From: Octopus sinensis | Lineage: Eukaryota | DNA: 64,000 nucleotides | Direction of reading: 5' to 3' | Assembly: GCF_006345805.1 (NCBI RefSeq) | Contig: NC_043013.1 | Coordinates: 32,426,001-32,490,000 of the forward strand | Part shown: piece by piece, positions 1 through 10,961 of the stretch | How positions within the stretch are numbered: the first letter of the stretch is position 1 | How the letters are laid out: every line of letters starts with the position of its first letter | Made by a program: the position numbers and the translations under genes | Notes under the pieces: model-generated | What the model saw: the letters and a program-made list of their open reading frames with translations, nothing else | Told to the model about the DNA's origin: nothing | Databases searched by the model: none

Positions 1-261
1 ATGTCTCATCGGTAGATAGTTCCGTGATGTGCCGGTCAGGTGCTCGGTGACAAGTGCTCCAGTCAACCTACCCCCGATTCGGTCCCCCGGCCGGCCCCAG
101 ATGCCGTCAGGACCTTGCAGACCTGTCATGATGTCACTGTCCACAGTAAAAACCGGGACCGGTTACGACCTTCCCGTGTTCCTTGTGCACACAACCCTTC
201 GGATTAGACAGCACTTTGTCCTATGCATGTGGCTATAGGCGAGTAAGGAATCAATGCTAGT

Positions 262-455
262 TTGTATGTATGTATGTATGTATTATGTATGTATGTATGT
301 ATGTATGTATGTATGTATGTATGTATGTATGTATGTGTGAATAAATGTGTGTATGCATGCATGTGTGCATGTATATATATATATATGCATGTATGTATTA
401 TGTATGCAAGTGAGCATGAATGTGTGCATGTATTTATGTGTGTGTACGTATGTAT
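262..455. repeat. (TATG)n/(TG)n compound microsatellite
   Basis: Tandem TATG then TG/TA units read directly. Confidence 0.95.
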
Positions 456-872
456 TTAGTGCAAAGTTAAGTTCAACACTTGAAGTATGGTCGGGTTTGA
501 TGATGATAGTTGCTTAGGACCAATTCGTTGTCAGCTGTCCCATGCGATGAGAAGTTTTATTGCTGCTTTTAACGGAAACAGATACAGGCTGTATCATGCA
601 ATAAAAATTTTCTGCATTGAAAGACAAACGAGTTTCAAACAATTTTCTTCCTCATTTCTAAGTTTATGTTTTAACAGCAACAACAAAATGAAAACATTAT
701 TATTTTCAGAAAACACTATATGTAGTTTCTGCCATTTAATTTCCGACTTGCTGTCGCCGTTGCTGGTGATGCCGTCGTTCTTGTCTTCGTAAATTTGTTA
801 CGGCGGGTAGGATTAGCAGTGAGATGGCTGAGTCGTTTGAGCATCGAAGAAAATGCTATGCGGTATTTGTTG

Positions 873-1400
873 AAGGCGGCGAGCTGGCAGAAACGTTAGC
901 ACGCCGGGCGAAATGCTTAGCGGTATTTCGTCTGCCGTTACGTTGTTAGTTCAAATTCCGCCGAGGTCGACTTTGCCTTTCATCCTTTCGGGGTCGATAA
1001 TTTTAAGTACCAGTTACGCACTGGGGTCGATGTAATCGACTTAATACCTATGTCTGTCCTTGTTTGTCCCCTCTATGTTTAGCCCCTTGTGGGTAATAAA
1101 GAAATGGGTATTCCGTCTACCGTTACGTTGTGAGTTCAAATTCCGCCGAGGTCGACTTTACCTTTCATCCTTTCGGGGTCGATAATTTAAGTACCAGTTA
1201 CGCACTGGCGTCGATGTAATCGACTTAATTCCTATGTCTGTCCTTGTTTGTCCACTCTATGTTTAGCCCCTTATGTGGGTAATAAAGAAATAGGTATTTG
1301 TTCTGACTCCTTACGTTCTTAGATCTAATCCCATGGAGATCAACTTGATCTTTCATTCCTCTGGAGGTCAATAAAATAAAGTATCAGTCAAATATAGGAG
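873..1400 (+). mobile_element. tRNA-derived SINE family A: one full copy plus head-truncated tandem copies, tail type A
   Basis: Head GGCGGCGAGCTGGCAGAA with B-box-like GTTCAAATTCC, body TTGCCTTTCATCCTTTCGGGGTCGATAA, tail GCCCCTTGTGGGTAATAAAGAAAT; many homologues elsewhere in the window. Confidence 0.9.
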
Positions 1401-1667
1401 TTGATAGTATCTGCTAATGCCCTTTAGCTTTAAATTAATGGCTTCGTGACTAAATTAAAAACAATTTCAAGCTTTGAGCTAGCAGAATCGTTAAAAAGTC
1501 AGAAAATGCTACGCTATTTCTTCAAGCGCTTCACGTTCTCGTTTCAGATCTCGCTGAGATTAGCTTTGCCTTTCATCCTTTCGAGAACGACAAAATTAAG
1601 CACCTGTTCATCGTATCAAATAACCGTCTCCCTTTAAAGTGATGGTCTAAATGAAAAACTATTGTTA

Positions 1668-1713
<46 letters not shown>

Positions 1714-2170
1714 GTCGTTGTTGTTGTTGTTATTCCTTCGTAACACAGTTTAGGTAAAAATACTTTAGAATCTTTAGTCATCTGTCAAGTCACAAGGACC
1801 TCAGACAGATAATACTTTCCTTAAGATGTGCGCTGTGCCCAATAACGGCTGCTTTTTGCAAGACATCAATCTGCTATTTTCAAGACATCAATCTTGCATG
1901 GCATTTCCAGTTGCCTTAAGAAGTTTTGAAGTTTCAATGGGACTGAGCCCAACACTCCGATCACCACTAGTATCTCTTTTACATTGCCCTTCGCATTCCA
2001 TTGCCCTCTCGCATTCCATACAGTCTTGCCATTTCCACTCGGAGTACTTGGTGATTTGTTTCAACCTCTTTACTCACAACATTCAGGTCACTTGGTATGA
2101 CTACATCAATGATCTGACAGTATTTGTCTCTCTTATTCAATAAGATCTGGGATTACCAAATGCTCAGTAC
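1668..2170 (-). mobile_element. R4/Dong-clade non-LTR retrotransposon, degenerate 3' end with (AAC)/(AAT)n tail
   Basis: Minus-strand translation SQILLNKRDKYCQIIDVVIPSDLNVVSKEVE...LQKAA/LLGTAHILRKVLSV* resembles the restriction-like endonuclease C-terminus; trinucleotide tail at 1668-1735. Confidence 0.75.
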
Positions 2171-2409
2171 TTAATATGGAAAGTTGCAAGAAAGCAGCTT
2201 GAAGAAGATTGCGGTTACTATCAGGAGAAACCATCGGTGAACCCGACGGAAGTGAGCATATGGGCATAGATATTTCGAAATTTTGGAACTGGATGACATT
2301 CTACACAGAGAAATGAAATGAAGGTCAGCGAGGCGTATAAAAAAAGGGGGAACCTGAATGCTAAGAATTTGATTACAATGCAAAGAATATTATTGTTATT
2401 GTTGTTGTT

Positions 2410-2448
<39 letters not shown>

Positions 2449-2451
2449 ATC

Positions 2452-3118
2452 ATTATCATCATTGAATCAAAGAGCAGTGCAGGCCATCAAAGTGACACTG
2501 GGGTAAAATATATCAAGCCCAGTATACCCATCATGACTACCCGTCTGATAAGGGTACACTAGGCACATGCATCACAACCATATGTGCACGACATGGTGAT
2601 CTCATATCAAGATAAGCAGCACATGACCTTGCGGGTGGGACCCAGTTAGAATTTCCTTCTGGTCGAGTAACCCATCCCGCTCAAAAGGTCCTGAATAAGG
2701 GTTGTTTAAGGATGTTGAACGAAACACTCATGTTTCCAGAGGTGAATTATTCAAATCCTAAAGAATTCCTCTAAACACATGGCTATGATGCTCCCCCACT
2801 ACTTCTGCTCGTGATCAGAGACGCACATATCGTCAGCCACTAAGAGACATGCTCAACTGGTTAAGGCCAAACAACTGACAAGCAAATCTGTGGTATTGAG
2901 CAGAATATTTGCTGTAGCCCATCTTTTTATACCTAGACAAAACAATGTACATGATAACACTTCCAATCAGTTAAGACCAGAAGCCACGAGAGCCACTGCC
3001 TGGTACTGCATCAGGGCATCTATTATTATCATTACTATTATTATTATTATTATTATTATCATCATCATCATCATCATCATCATCGTCATCATTGAGTCAA
3101 AGAGCAGTGCATGCCATC
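2452..3118 (-). mobile_element. Unclassified ~570-bp non-coding retroposon-like repeat, plus the 3' end of a second copy at 3087-3118
   Basis: CATCATTGA(A/G)TCAAAGAGCAGTGCA(G/T)GCCATC occurs at ~2456 and ~3087, each next to a trinucleotide tract; no ORF. Confidence 0.5.
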
Positions 3119-3707
3119 TTTTTGGGAAGAAGAAGAGAAAAAAGAAAGAAAGAAAAAGAAAGAAAAAAGTGGGTCGAATTCCGATCAAAAGGGATCGTGA
3201 AAAAAAAGAAGTGGGGGCCTATCAATAGGGGTCGTTTATCACAGAAATGTCAATGTAAATGGGGAAAACAGATTAGGTTTATCCGTGGATAGAAAAGCCC
3301 ACGGAAAAGACCACGATAACCTTGGGCAACAGTCTCATGCAAAAAAAAAACACATTACAGTAAGTGGCTCTTTTTTTCCTTTCTTTTCTTGGCTCATAGG
3401 ATTATGCTCAAGCTGGCTCTGTCATTCACACGTGCCATCCTTGCTACATTCACCTGTCTTTTCTTTTAAACATTCACTAGACAAAACTTCCCTCTCTACT
3501 CTCATCTTCCTCTTCAAGTGATGCTTGAAGAAGTTGATGAGAGATTGACCAGAGAGGAAAGTGTTTGTCTCTGGACCTTTTAGACGCGTCCACCATACAC
3601 ATTCTTTCGCCATAGCCACAAGTACGAAAAAAATGGCTCTTCCTTCCTGTTTCAAGGAAGGAGGCAAGACAATATTCACGATAGACTCGGTTGATAAACC
3701 GACTCGT
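3119..3707 (-). mobile_element. 5'-truncated Tx1/L1-clade LINE copy (end of ORF2 plus part of 3' UTR)
   Basis: Colinear with ~3930-4510; encodes ...ESIVNIVLPPSLKQEGRAIFFVLVAMAKECVWWTR..., a diverged version of the ORF2 C-terminus at 4211-4732. Confidence 0.9.
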
Positions 3708-3719
3708 AGATAGATAGAT

Positions 3720-3799
<80 letters not shown>
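3707..3799. repeat. (GATA)n microsatellite at the LINE 3' junction
   Basis: Direct reading. Confidence 0.97.
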
Positions 3800-4210
3800 T
3801 GTTTCTTTATTAGCCACACAGGGCTGCACACAGATAGAACAAATTACAAGGTAGAGCTTTTCTTTTGAAGGTTTAAAAAAAAAAAAAAATTTAAAAAAAT
3901 AAAATAACAAATAAAATAAATAAAAAAAATAGAAAAGGGGGGTCGATCAAAAGGGATCGTAAAAGGAGAGAAAGAGGACAAAAAAAGGGGGGGTTAAAAA
4001 AAAGGGGGAGGGGAACAAAAATTGATCAATAGGGATCGTTATCACAGAAATGTCAATATGAAGTGTAAAGGGGAGGACAGGTGAGGTTTACCCGTGGAAA
4101 GAAAAGCCTACGGAAAAGACCACGGTAACCTCGGTCAATGAAGTCACATGTTATATTTCTTTTTTTTTTTTTTTTTGCAAATAAGCAACTCTCTGTATTA
4201 ATTTTACGGT

Positions 4211-7200
4211 TCATAGAATCATAGTCAAGGTGGCTTCGTCATTCATACGTGCCATCCTTGCTACATTCACCCATCTTTTTTTAAAACATTCACTAGACAA
4301 AACTTGCCTCTCTACTCTCACTTTTTTCTTCAAGTGATACTTGAAGAAGTTGATGAGAGATGGACCAGAGAGGAAAGTGTTTGTCTCTAATCCTTTCAGA
4401 CGCGTCCACCAGATACATTCTTTCGCCATAGCCACAAGTATGATAAAAATAGCTCTTCCTTCCCGTTTGAAGGAAGGAGGCGTGACGATATTAACGATAG
4501 ACTCGGCTGATAAACCGACACGTCCCACACGTGACAGCAGTCGTTCGACATAAGCCCACAGGTGGGAAATTGCTGGACACTGCACGATTGCGTGCAGAGC
4601 GGTTTCGTCGCTCTGCCCGCATCTCGGGCAGGTCGGCCCCGTGTTTCTCGAGCCATGCCTATAGAGCTTATCCCGAACGGGTAGCGCTTCCCGGTAGCAC
4701 CGCCAGGCCAGGGATCTCTGGAAGTTGTCCATAGGTCCCGGGCCGAAAGTCGTTTGAAACAGGCGGGTCAGGTATTCCTCGTCGCAGTCTCAGAGATGTC
4801 GCAGTCTCAGCGCGTGTCTGCGCATCATCAACCACGGCATGCCCAGCCCTCCTTTTAACGGGTGTTGACAGCAAATGGATCGCCTGACCATCGGGACGCA
4901 TCCTTTCCACAAGAAGCGGAAGAGGATGCGTTCTAGTTTGGTGATGGTAGGGTCGGGACAAGGTACGACGGTCAGGCGGTAGTAGATGATGGACGCGATG
5001 TACGCGTTCACCACCTCAGCCCGACCTTTTAGGGACAGTTTCCTCTCGGCCCATTGCTGGGCGAGAGTGACCACCCTACTCGTTATCTCGTTCCAGTTCT
5101 TCTCCATTGGAGGTCCGGACCGAACCAGACCCCGAGCAACTCAACCGGGCCGTCTGTCCAGCGTCCCACGACGGAGGTACTGGTGGACGGCATGGGCTTG
5201 CTTCTCCAGGTGCCGAGCCGCAAGCCCACTGACTTTTCCCGGTTGATATTTGCTCCTGTCACCGCTTCGTAGTCTTTCAGTGTCTTGCCGACCCGCTCGA
5301 TGTGCTCGTGGCTTGACACTATGACGGTGACGTCGTCCGCGTATGCAGACACGCTCGTCCCGCATCCTAATTCTCGCGGGATGCCCCTCAGAGTCGCCAG
5401 CTTCCGCAGTAGTGGCTCAAGAGTCAATACGTATAGAAGCGCCGAGAGGGGGCATCCCTGACGGACCGAACGTGCAATGTCGAAGGGTCTCGATAGATGT
5501 CCATTTACGCGAATTACCGAACGGATGCCCCTGTACAAGGCAGCTATCCAGCCGCGGAAGACGGGACCGAAACCAGCCGCTCTCAGGACTGCCTCCAAGT
5601 ATCGATGGTCTACCCTATCAAAGGCTTTCGATTGATCCAAGTTGATCAGGGCCCCACCCATGCCAGGTTCGTTAACTACCCTGTCTATGATGTAGCGCAT
5701 CAGATGGAGGTTGTCATGGATGCTCCGGCCCGGCACGGCGCACGTTTGTGCGTTGTCGACCAGTTTCTCCATGACAAGCGCCAACCTCTTGGCTAACACC
5801 TTTGTCAAAATTTTCAGGTCTGCATTGAGCAGAGTGATTGGCCTAAAGTTATCTATAATGTTTCCCTTGTTTGGATCTTTCTTCAGCAGAGTTACAGCTC
5901 CTCGACTCACAAAACGGGTATGCTCCCGTTTTGCTGCCAGTTGCAGTATACCGCTGCCAAGACGTCTCCAAACAAGTCTGGCATACAATAGTAAAATTCG
6001 TAGGGTAGGGTAGACCATCCAAACCCGGTGATTTGTCCCTCGAGCATTCTGCCATCGCTTCCCGCACTTCCGCCGCCGTGATGGCACCTTCGCAGCACCC
6101 TGCCTTTCTTGTCGAGAGTCGTGGCAGGCTATGTAGGTAGGCACTGAAGTCTACCCTACGTTCTTGCCCTCCACTCGTCCCGAACAGTCGGGCAAAATGC
6201 TGCTGAAAGGCCTCACACATTTTACTTGGCTCGAGCAATTCGCGCCCCTGTTCATCTACCAGTGACCGAATGGTGGCTTTGTTGCCCTGTTGCGCCTCTG
6301 CCACCCGGGCCTCTCTCGCGGCTCCAACACCTTCGTTCCTTAGAGCACGCATCCTAGCTCTGACAGCACATCCTTCTGTTTGGCGTTGAAGTGTTGGTCG
6401 AGGGCCAACCTCGCCGCCAAAACGTCGGATGCGATGCCGCTTCTATTGCCTCTTCTAGCTTCTTAACTAGCTCACCCTCTACTCTATTTCTATCTATGGC
6501 TAGTGCTTTGCTGTACCTAATCGCTTCTGCTTTTACTGCTCTCTTGAGGGCAAACCACCATTTGTTGTTGATGATGGCTCCCGTCAAAGCCCTCTTTACT
6601 AGTGTGCTAATCCGGTCTCTGAAAACTTGTCTGGACGGGAATGATGCGTTCAGTTTCCAGTACCCAGGACCCTGTCTATGTGCCTTATCTAAGTCTAGCG
6701 TACACGTCACCAATTTGTGATCCGTGTAGCTGACTGTGTGGAATTGTGGACATCCTAAGTTATCCTTGTCTACTGTCCTACACAGTATCCTATCTAGATA
6801 CGATCTCGACGACCCACTGCGGTTGCTCCATGTCCACGTTGGTGCATTTGGGTGGTCGAGTCGGTACCTGTCAGACAGTTGGAATCGTCTGAGCAGGTCT
6901 CTGAGGCATTTGCATCCCCTTCTGTTTCTGTCTCTACCCACGTAGTCTACATGTGTGTCCAAGGTAGCATTCCAATCCCCCACTAAGAGTAAAGGACGAG
7001 ACGTTCCCAAGAATACTTCTAGACGTCGAAAGAAATCCGCCCGACCTGTTAAGGGTGGTGCGTAAACTGATACGAGTCGAAAAGCGCACCCATTGCTGCC
7101 GTCAACATCCAGAACGATCAGTCTACCCTCCGGGTCTACGAATATCGTCTTGACTTCGAGATCCAGGCTCTTGTGAAAAAGTACCGCGGTGCCACTACCG

Positions 7201-7397
7201 CCCATCCTCGGCAGACAGGGAGCGAAATAAATGTTAAACTGTCCGCCAAACATGGACTTTAGGGCCCGTGGCTCGTGGAGTCTGGTCTCACTTATGGCTA
7301 TGATTCCCAAATCATGTGACTTGATGTCATTTAGGAGGTATCCTTGTTTCCAAGGAGACCCCAAGCCACGCGCATTCACACAACCAATCTTGACCAT
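4211..7397 (-). pseudogene. LINE ORF2 (APE endonuclease, reverse transcriptase, C-terminal zinc motif), split by at least four frameshifts
   Basis: MVKIGCVNARGL, AISETRL, GDWNA, SDHK-like TDHK (6354-7397); NFRPITLLNADLKIL, LDQSKAFDRVDH, VRQGCPLS, YADD (5083-6144); CPRCGQSDETALHAIVQC (4211-4732). Confidence 0.93.
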
Positions 7398-7447
7398 GAT
7401 TCTATTGGGGTGTGTGCTTTAAAACACACAAATGAAAGTACAGAGAG

Positions 7448-9548
7448 TTACTTACTTGTGTCGAAAGTTTTGGCTTCCTCGTTCTTTGATGTGTCTTCGA
7501 GGAGGTTTCTATATAGTTTTTGGGACAGATATTTCTGGAAACCCCCTACAGCATTTGGGAAGAGGGCTTTGAGTTTGTGGTGTTGTGTTTGTGTGATGTG
7601 TAGTATTTTGATGTGTTTGGGTGGTGTAGTGCGTGGATGATTTCTATTTTTAAAGTCATCTTCACAAATGTTTGTGTATCCTGTGATGTACTCCATTAGT
7701 TTGGAGTCTTTTGTGTCTATCGCTGATAGCATTGTTTTTGTGGTGTTGGTGCTTGTTTTGTTGTGTATGGAGTTTTCAGGGTTCAGGTATCTCCCTGCTT
7801 TGGTTGCGATTTCTTGTTTGGTTTTTCTTGATCTTTTTCTTTTACCCCCTGTGGCTATTTGCCATTCTGTCGAACTTTCATCGTTAGATGAAAAGTCTGA
7901 CGAATCAGCAGGGGGCAAGGGTAAAGCGTCTGGGTGTGTTTGTGCGGTTGTAGATATTGTTGTGGTGCCGGGGAGGGTGTTGCTGGGGGTTTGTTGTGGT
8001 TATTGTCTCTCCTACATCCTTGGTGCTTGTCTTCTTCGTTGTTATTCTTGGTGTTGGAATTGGTTTATTTGTTGTTGGTGGTGATGATTCTGTTCTTGGC
8101 GCTGGTGTTGGTGTTGTTTGGTTGGGTTGGCTTGTTCTTTGTTGTTTTTCCTGCATTTCCGCATACAGCTTCTTGACTAGCTGTCCATATTGTGGTGTGG
8201 GCAATAATCCTGGCTTTTGTGATTTTTCCTGTGGCTGTTGTTGTTGTTGTAATTTTGCGGCAGATTTGCACTCCTTTTTGAGGTGTGCCTCACTGCCACA
8301 TGTATAGCATCGTGGCCTTCTGCCCTCGACTACTACGTATAACTTGCGGCCATCCTCAAGATGTACGTGGGTGGGGATTTTATTTATGTCCTCTTGACTT
8401 ATGTGGAAGAGGAACTCTATTCTCTTTCCCAGCCAGTCCTTGTTTTCCGAAACACCGATATCTAGGATGTTTATGTCCTCCATTTCGGATGTTAAGGCGG
8501 ATGTAATCCACAGTGTTGTAGTCACTTGGGGGACACCACTGATAATGACTTTCGTCACCTTCTGGCCGAGGTAACTCGGTGTCAACGTTAGTTCATCAGA
8601 ATGAAGGGTTATCGTTGAGAATTTCTTCGCCAACTCTTCATTCTGAAAAACCACCTGTACGTGTGCGAACTTGTTCGCCCAAGTCACACAATCCTTGTAT
8701 CCCCAGATGGGGCGTAAGCACTTTTCGACTTTGTCTGTGCTTGCCTTTTCTGGACTTTTTGTTTTTTTATTTGTGATTTTATATACAATTGTCTTTTTTT
8801 TCTCCTCATTCAGTATGTGCTGAGGTATGTGTAAGAGTATTTTTCCGTTTTGATTTGTAATAAGGTTTCTGCAATCTTTAATCTGTTGTGTAGTAAACGA
8901 AACTTTTGTTACCTTTTCTTTTATCGCCTCGGCGAAGTTTGTTGTTGTTTTGTTATTGTTGTTACTGCCGGTGGTGTTGGTGTTGATGGCAGGGGTGTGG
9001 GTTGTAGGTTTGTGGTTGCTGATTATGCAACTAGCAAGGGGTGGAAAATTGCCTGCGTAATTTAGTCCTGCATTAGCGCAAATTTCGGCATTTCGTTTGC
9101 TTGTCGTCGTTATTTTTTCACTTGTTGGTGATGGAGTGAGCAGTGGTTGAAGGGAATTGTTGTTGTCGTCGTCGTTGTTATTGTTGTTGTTGTTGTTGTT
9201 GTTATTGTCGTTCTTGGTAACGGCGGTGGTGTTAGTAGTATTAGTAGCATTGACGGCACGGTCTTTCGTGGCGGTGATGTTGGTATTGTTATTGGTGGCG
9301 ACGTCTTTAGTAGGGATAGCAGTTTTAGTAGCAGATTCTGCCATGGTGTTGTTGTCGGTGTTGGTGGTGGTGGTGGACTCACTGATGGTGTTGACGGTGC
9401 TTGGCCTTGCGACCTTTGTTTTGTATTTGTTGCTGTTGTCGATGGTGGCGGAGTTGTCAGGTTCAGCGGAAGGTAACAGAGCATCCTGTTTTTCTGCCTC
9501 TGCGTCACGCTTGACTTGCACTTCAGCCTCGTGGTGACCAGTGGCCAT
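7448..9548 (-). pseudogene. LINE ORF1 (gag-like nucleic-acid-binding protein), one apparent frameshift near 7990
   Basis: ATG at 9548; CX2CX4HX4C knuckle CYTCGSEAHLKKEC at 8268-8309; low-complexity T/N-rich N-terminus; reading continues in the frame of ORF 7448-7918. Confidence 0.8.
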
Positions 9549-9635
9549 TTTGGAAATAAAATGGCTAAATGAAACCACGAAGGCTATGAGAATTTTTTCT
9601 TTTAAATTTTGCCCACAAGGGGCAAAATTTTGTGT

Positions 9636-9722
<87 letters not shown>
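9636..9722. repeat. (GATA)n microsatellite at the LINE 5' junction
   Basis: Direct reading. Confidence 0.97.
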
Positions 9723-9723
<1 letters not shown>

Positions 9724-10880
9724 GTATTTGAATGCTTCGATTTTAATTTCAGGGGATGGTGATTTCTTAGCTATTTGCCGAGGGGTAAGAGGACAGGGAT
9801 ATGACAGAAACGTTAGCGCGTCGAACAAAAACGCTTAGCGACATCTCTTCCGGTTTTACTTTCTGATGAAAGGCAAAGTTACCGTTGTTAACTTCGCCTT
9901 TCATCTCTGAGTTAATAAAGTAAGAACGAATTGAGCACCAAATAAAAAAAATCAGAAACCTTGTACCTATAACAGAAAGAATTATATTGCTAATGGCTCA
10001 GGCCTCTTTCCACTAACGTGCGGCACCTGGGGGCGGCCCTTCCGTTTGCCGCCCCCAGACCCTACAAAAAAACACATATTGCTTACAGCAGACCCAAAAG
10101 TGCCGCCCCTTTAAAAGTACCAGACGGCCCCTACCGACCCCACCGACCCCGTGCTCAAAAACGTCTCCAGCTGGTCTTTTCTAAGACGGCTGGTGCTATT
10201 TAAGTGAGATTTGGCTGCTATTTCTAGAAAGTCCAGCGACTGCGTAGAGTTGCCCTCGTTTGCTTCGTATTAACTTTTCAGATGGCGTCGGCATTTCTCT
10301 ACTTCTCTCTCTCTCTCTCCCTCCCTCCCTCTCTCTCTCTCTAAAGTCACCTTTTGGTTGTATTTCTCTTTGTTGCCGCAGTAATTCTTCTCTTATTTTT
10401 TTCTATTCTCGTTGATATTGCAAATGTGTTTTTTGTTCTGATGTTGTACATGTATTTTTTATTTATTTATTTTGCTCCTATTTTGTGGGAGATTTCGATT
10501 TATCTTATTGTTGCTGTTGTCTTCGTTATGGTTTTTTTTTCTTTTGGTTTCTGTTCTCTTCATCTTGTTCGTTTGGTTGGTTTCTTTTTTGCGTGTGTGT
10601 GTGTGTTGATTCTTTTATTCGTTCTGCTTTGTGTGTTAAGGGGAATCATTGCCCATAACCACTAGCGTGTTTTAACTCTCTTGTTATAAAAGAGGAGGGG
10701 AATATTATGAATGATGAGAAACGTGTGCTGAATGTGGAGACATTTTTGCAGATGTGAAGAGATCACGTGGTGTTGTGTGACATAAGATCGCATTAAACCA
10801 ATGAATTATAAAGACAAATGTTGAAAAAGAAATACAAAGAGAAAGAAAGACAAAGCAAATGTGATAAATAAAAGACAGGA

Positions 10881-10961
<81 letters not shown>

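Larger units (their letters stand above)
3801..9635 (-). mobile_element. Near full-length Tx1/L1-clade LINE, inactivated by frameshifts
   Basis: ORF1 with CCHC knuckle, then ORF2 with APE endonuclease, RT and C-terminal Cys/His motif; 3' UTR ends in AATAAAGAAAC. Confidence 0.92.

Noticed and set aside
1-260. GC-rich stretch at the window start (69-aa ORF)
   Set aside because: Truncated by the window edge with no recognisable motif; cannot be assigned.
4341-9537. Plus-strand ORFs overlapping the LINE (for example 5343-5645, 6391-6720, 9147-9476)
   Set aside because: Antisense shadows of ORF1 and ORF2 with no recognisable motifs.
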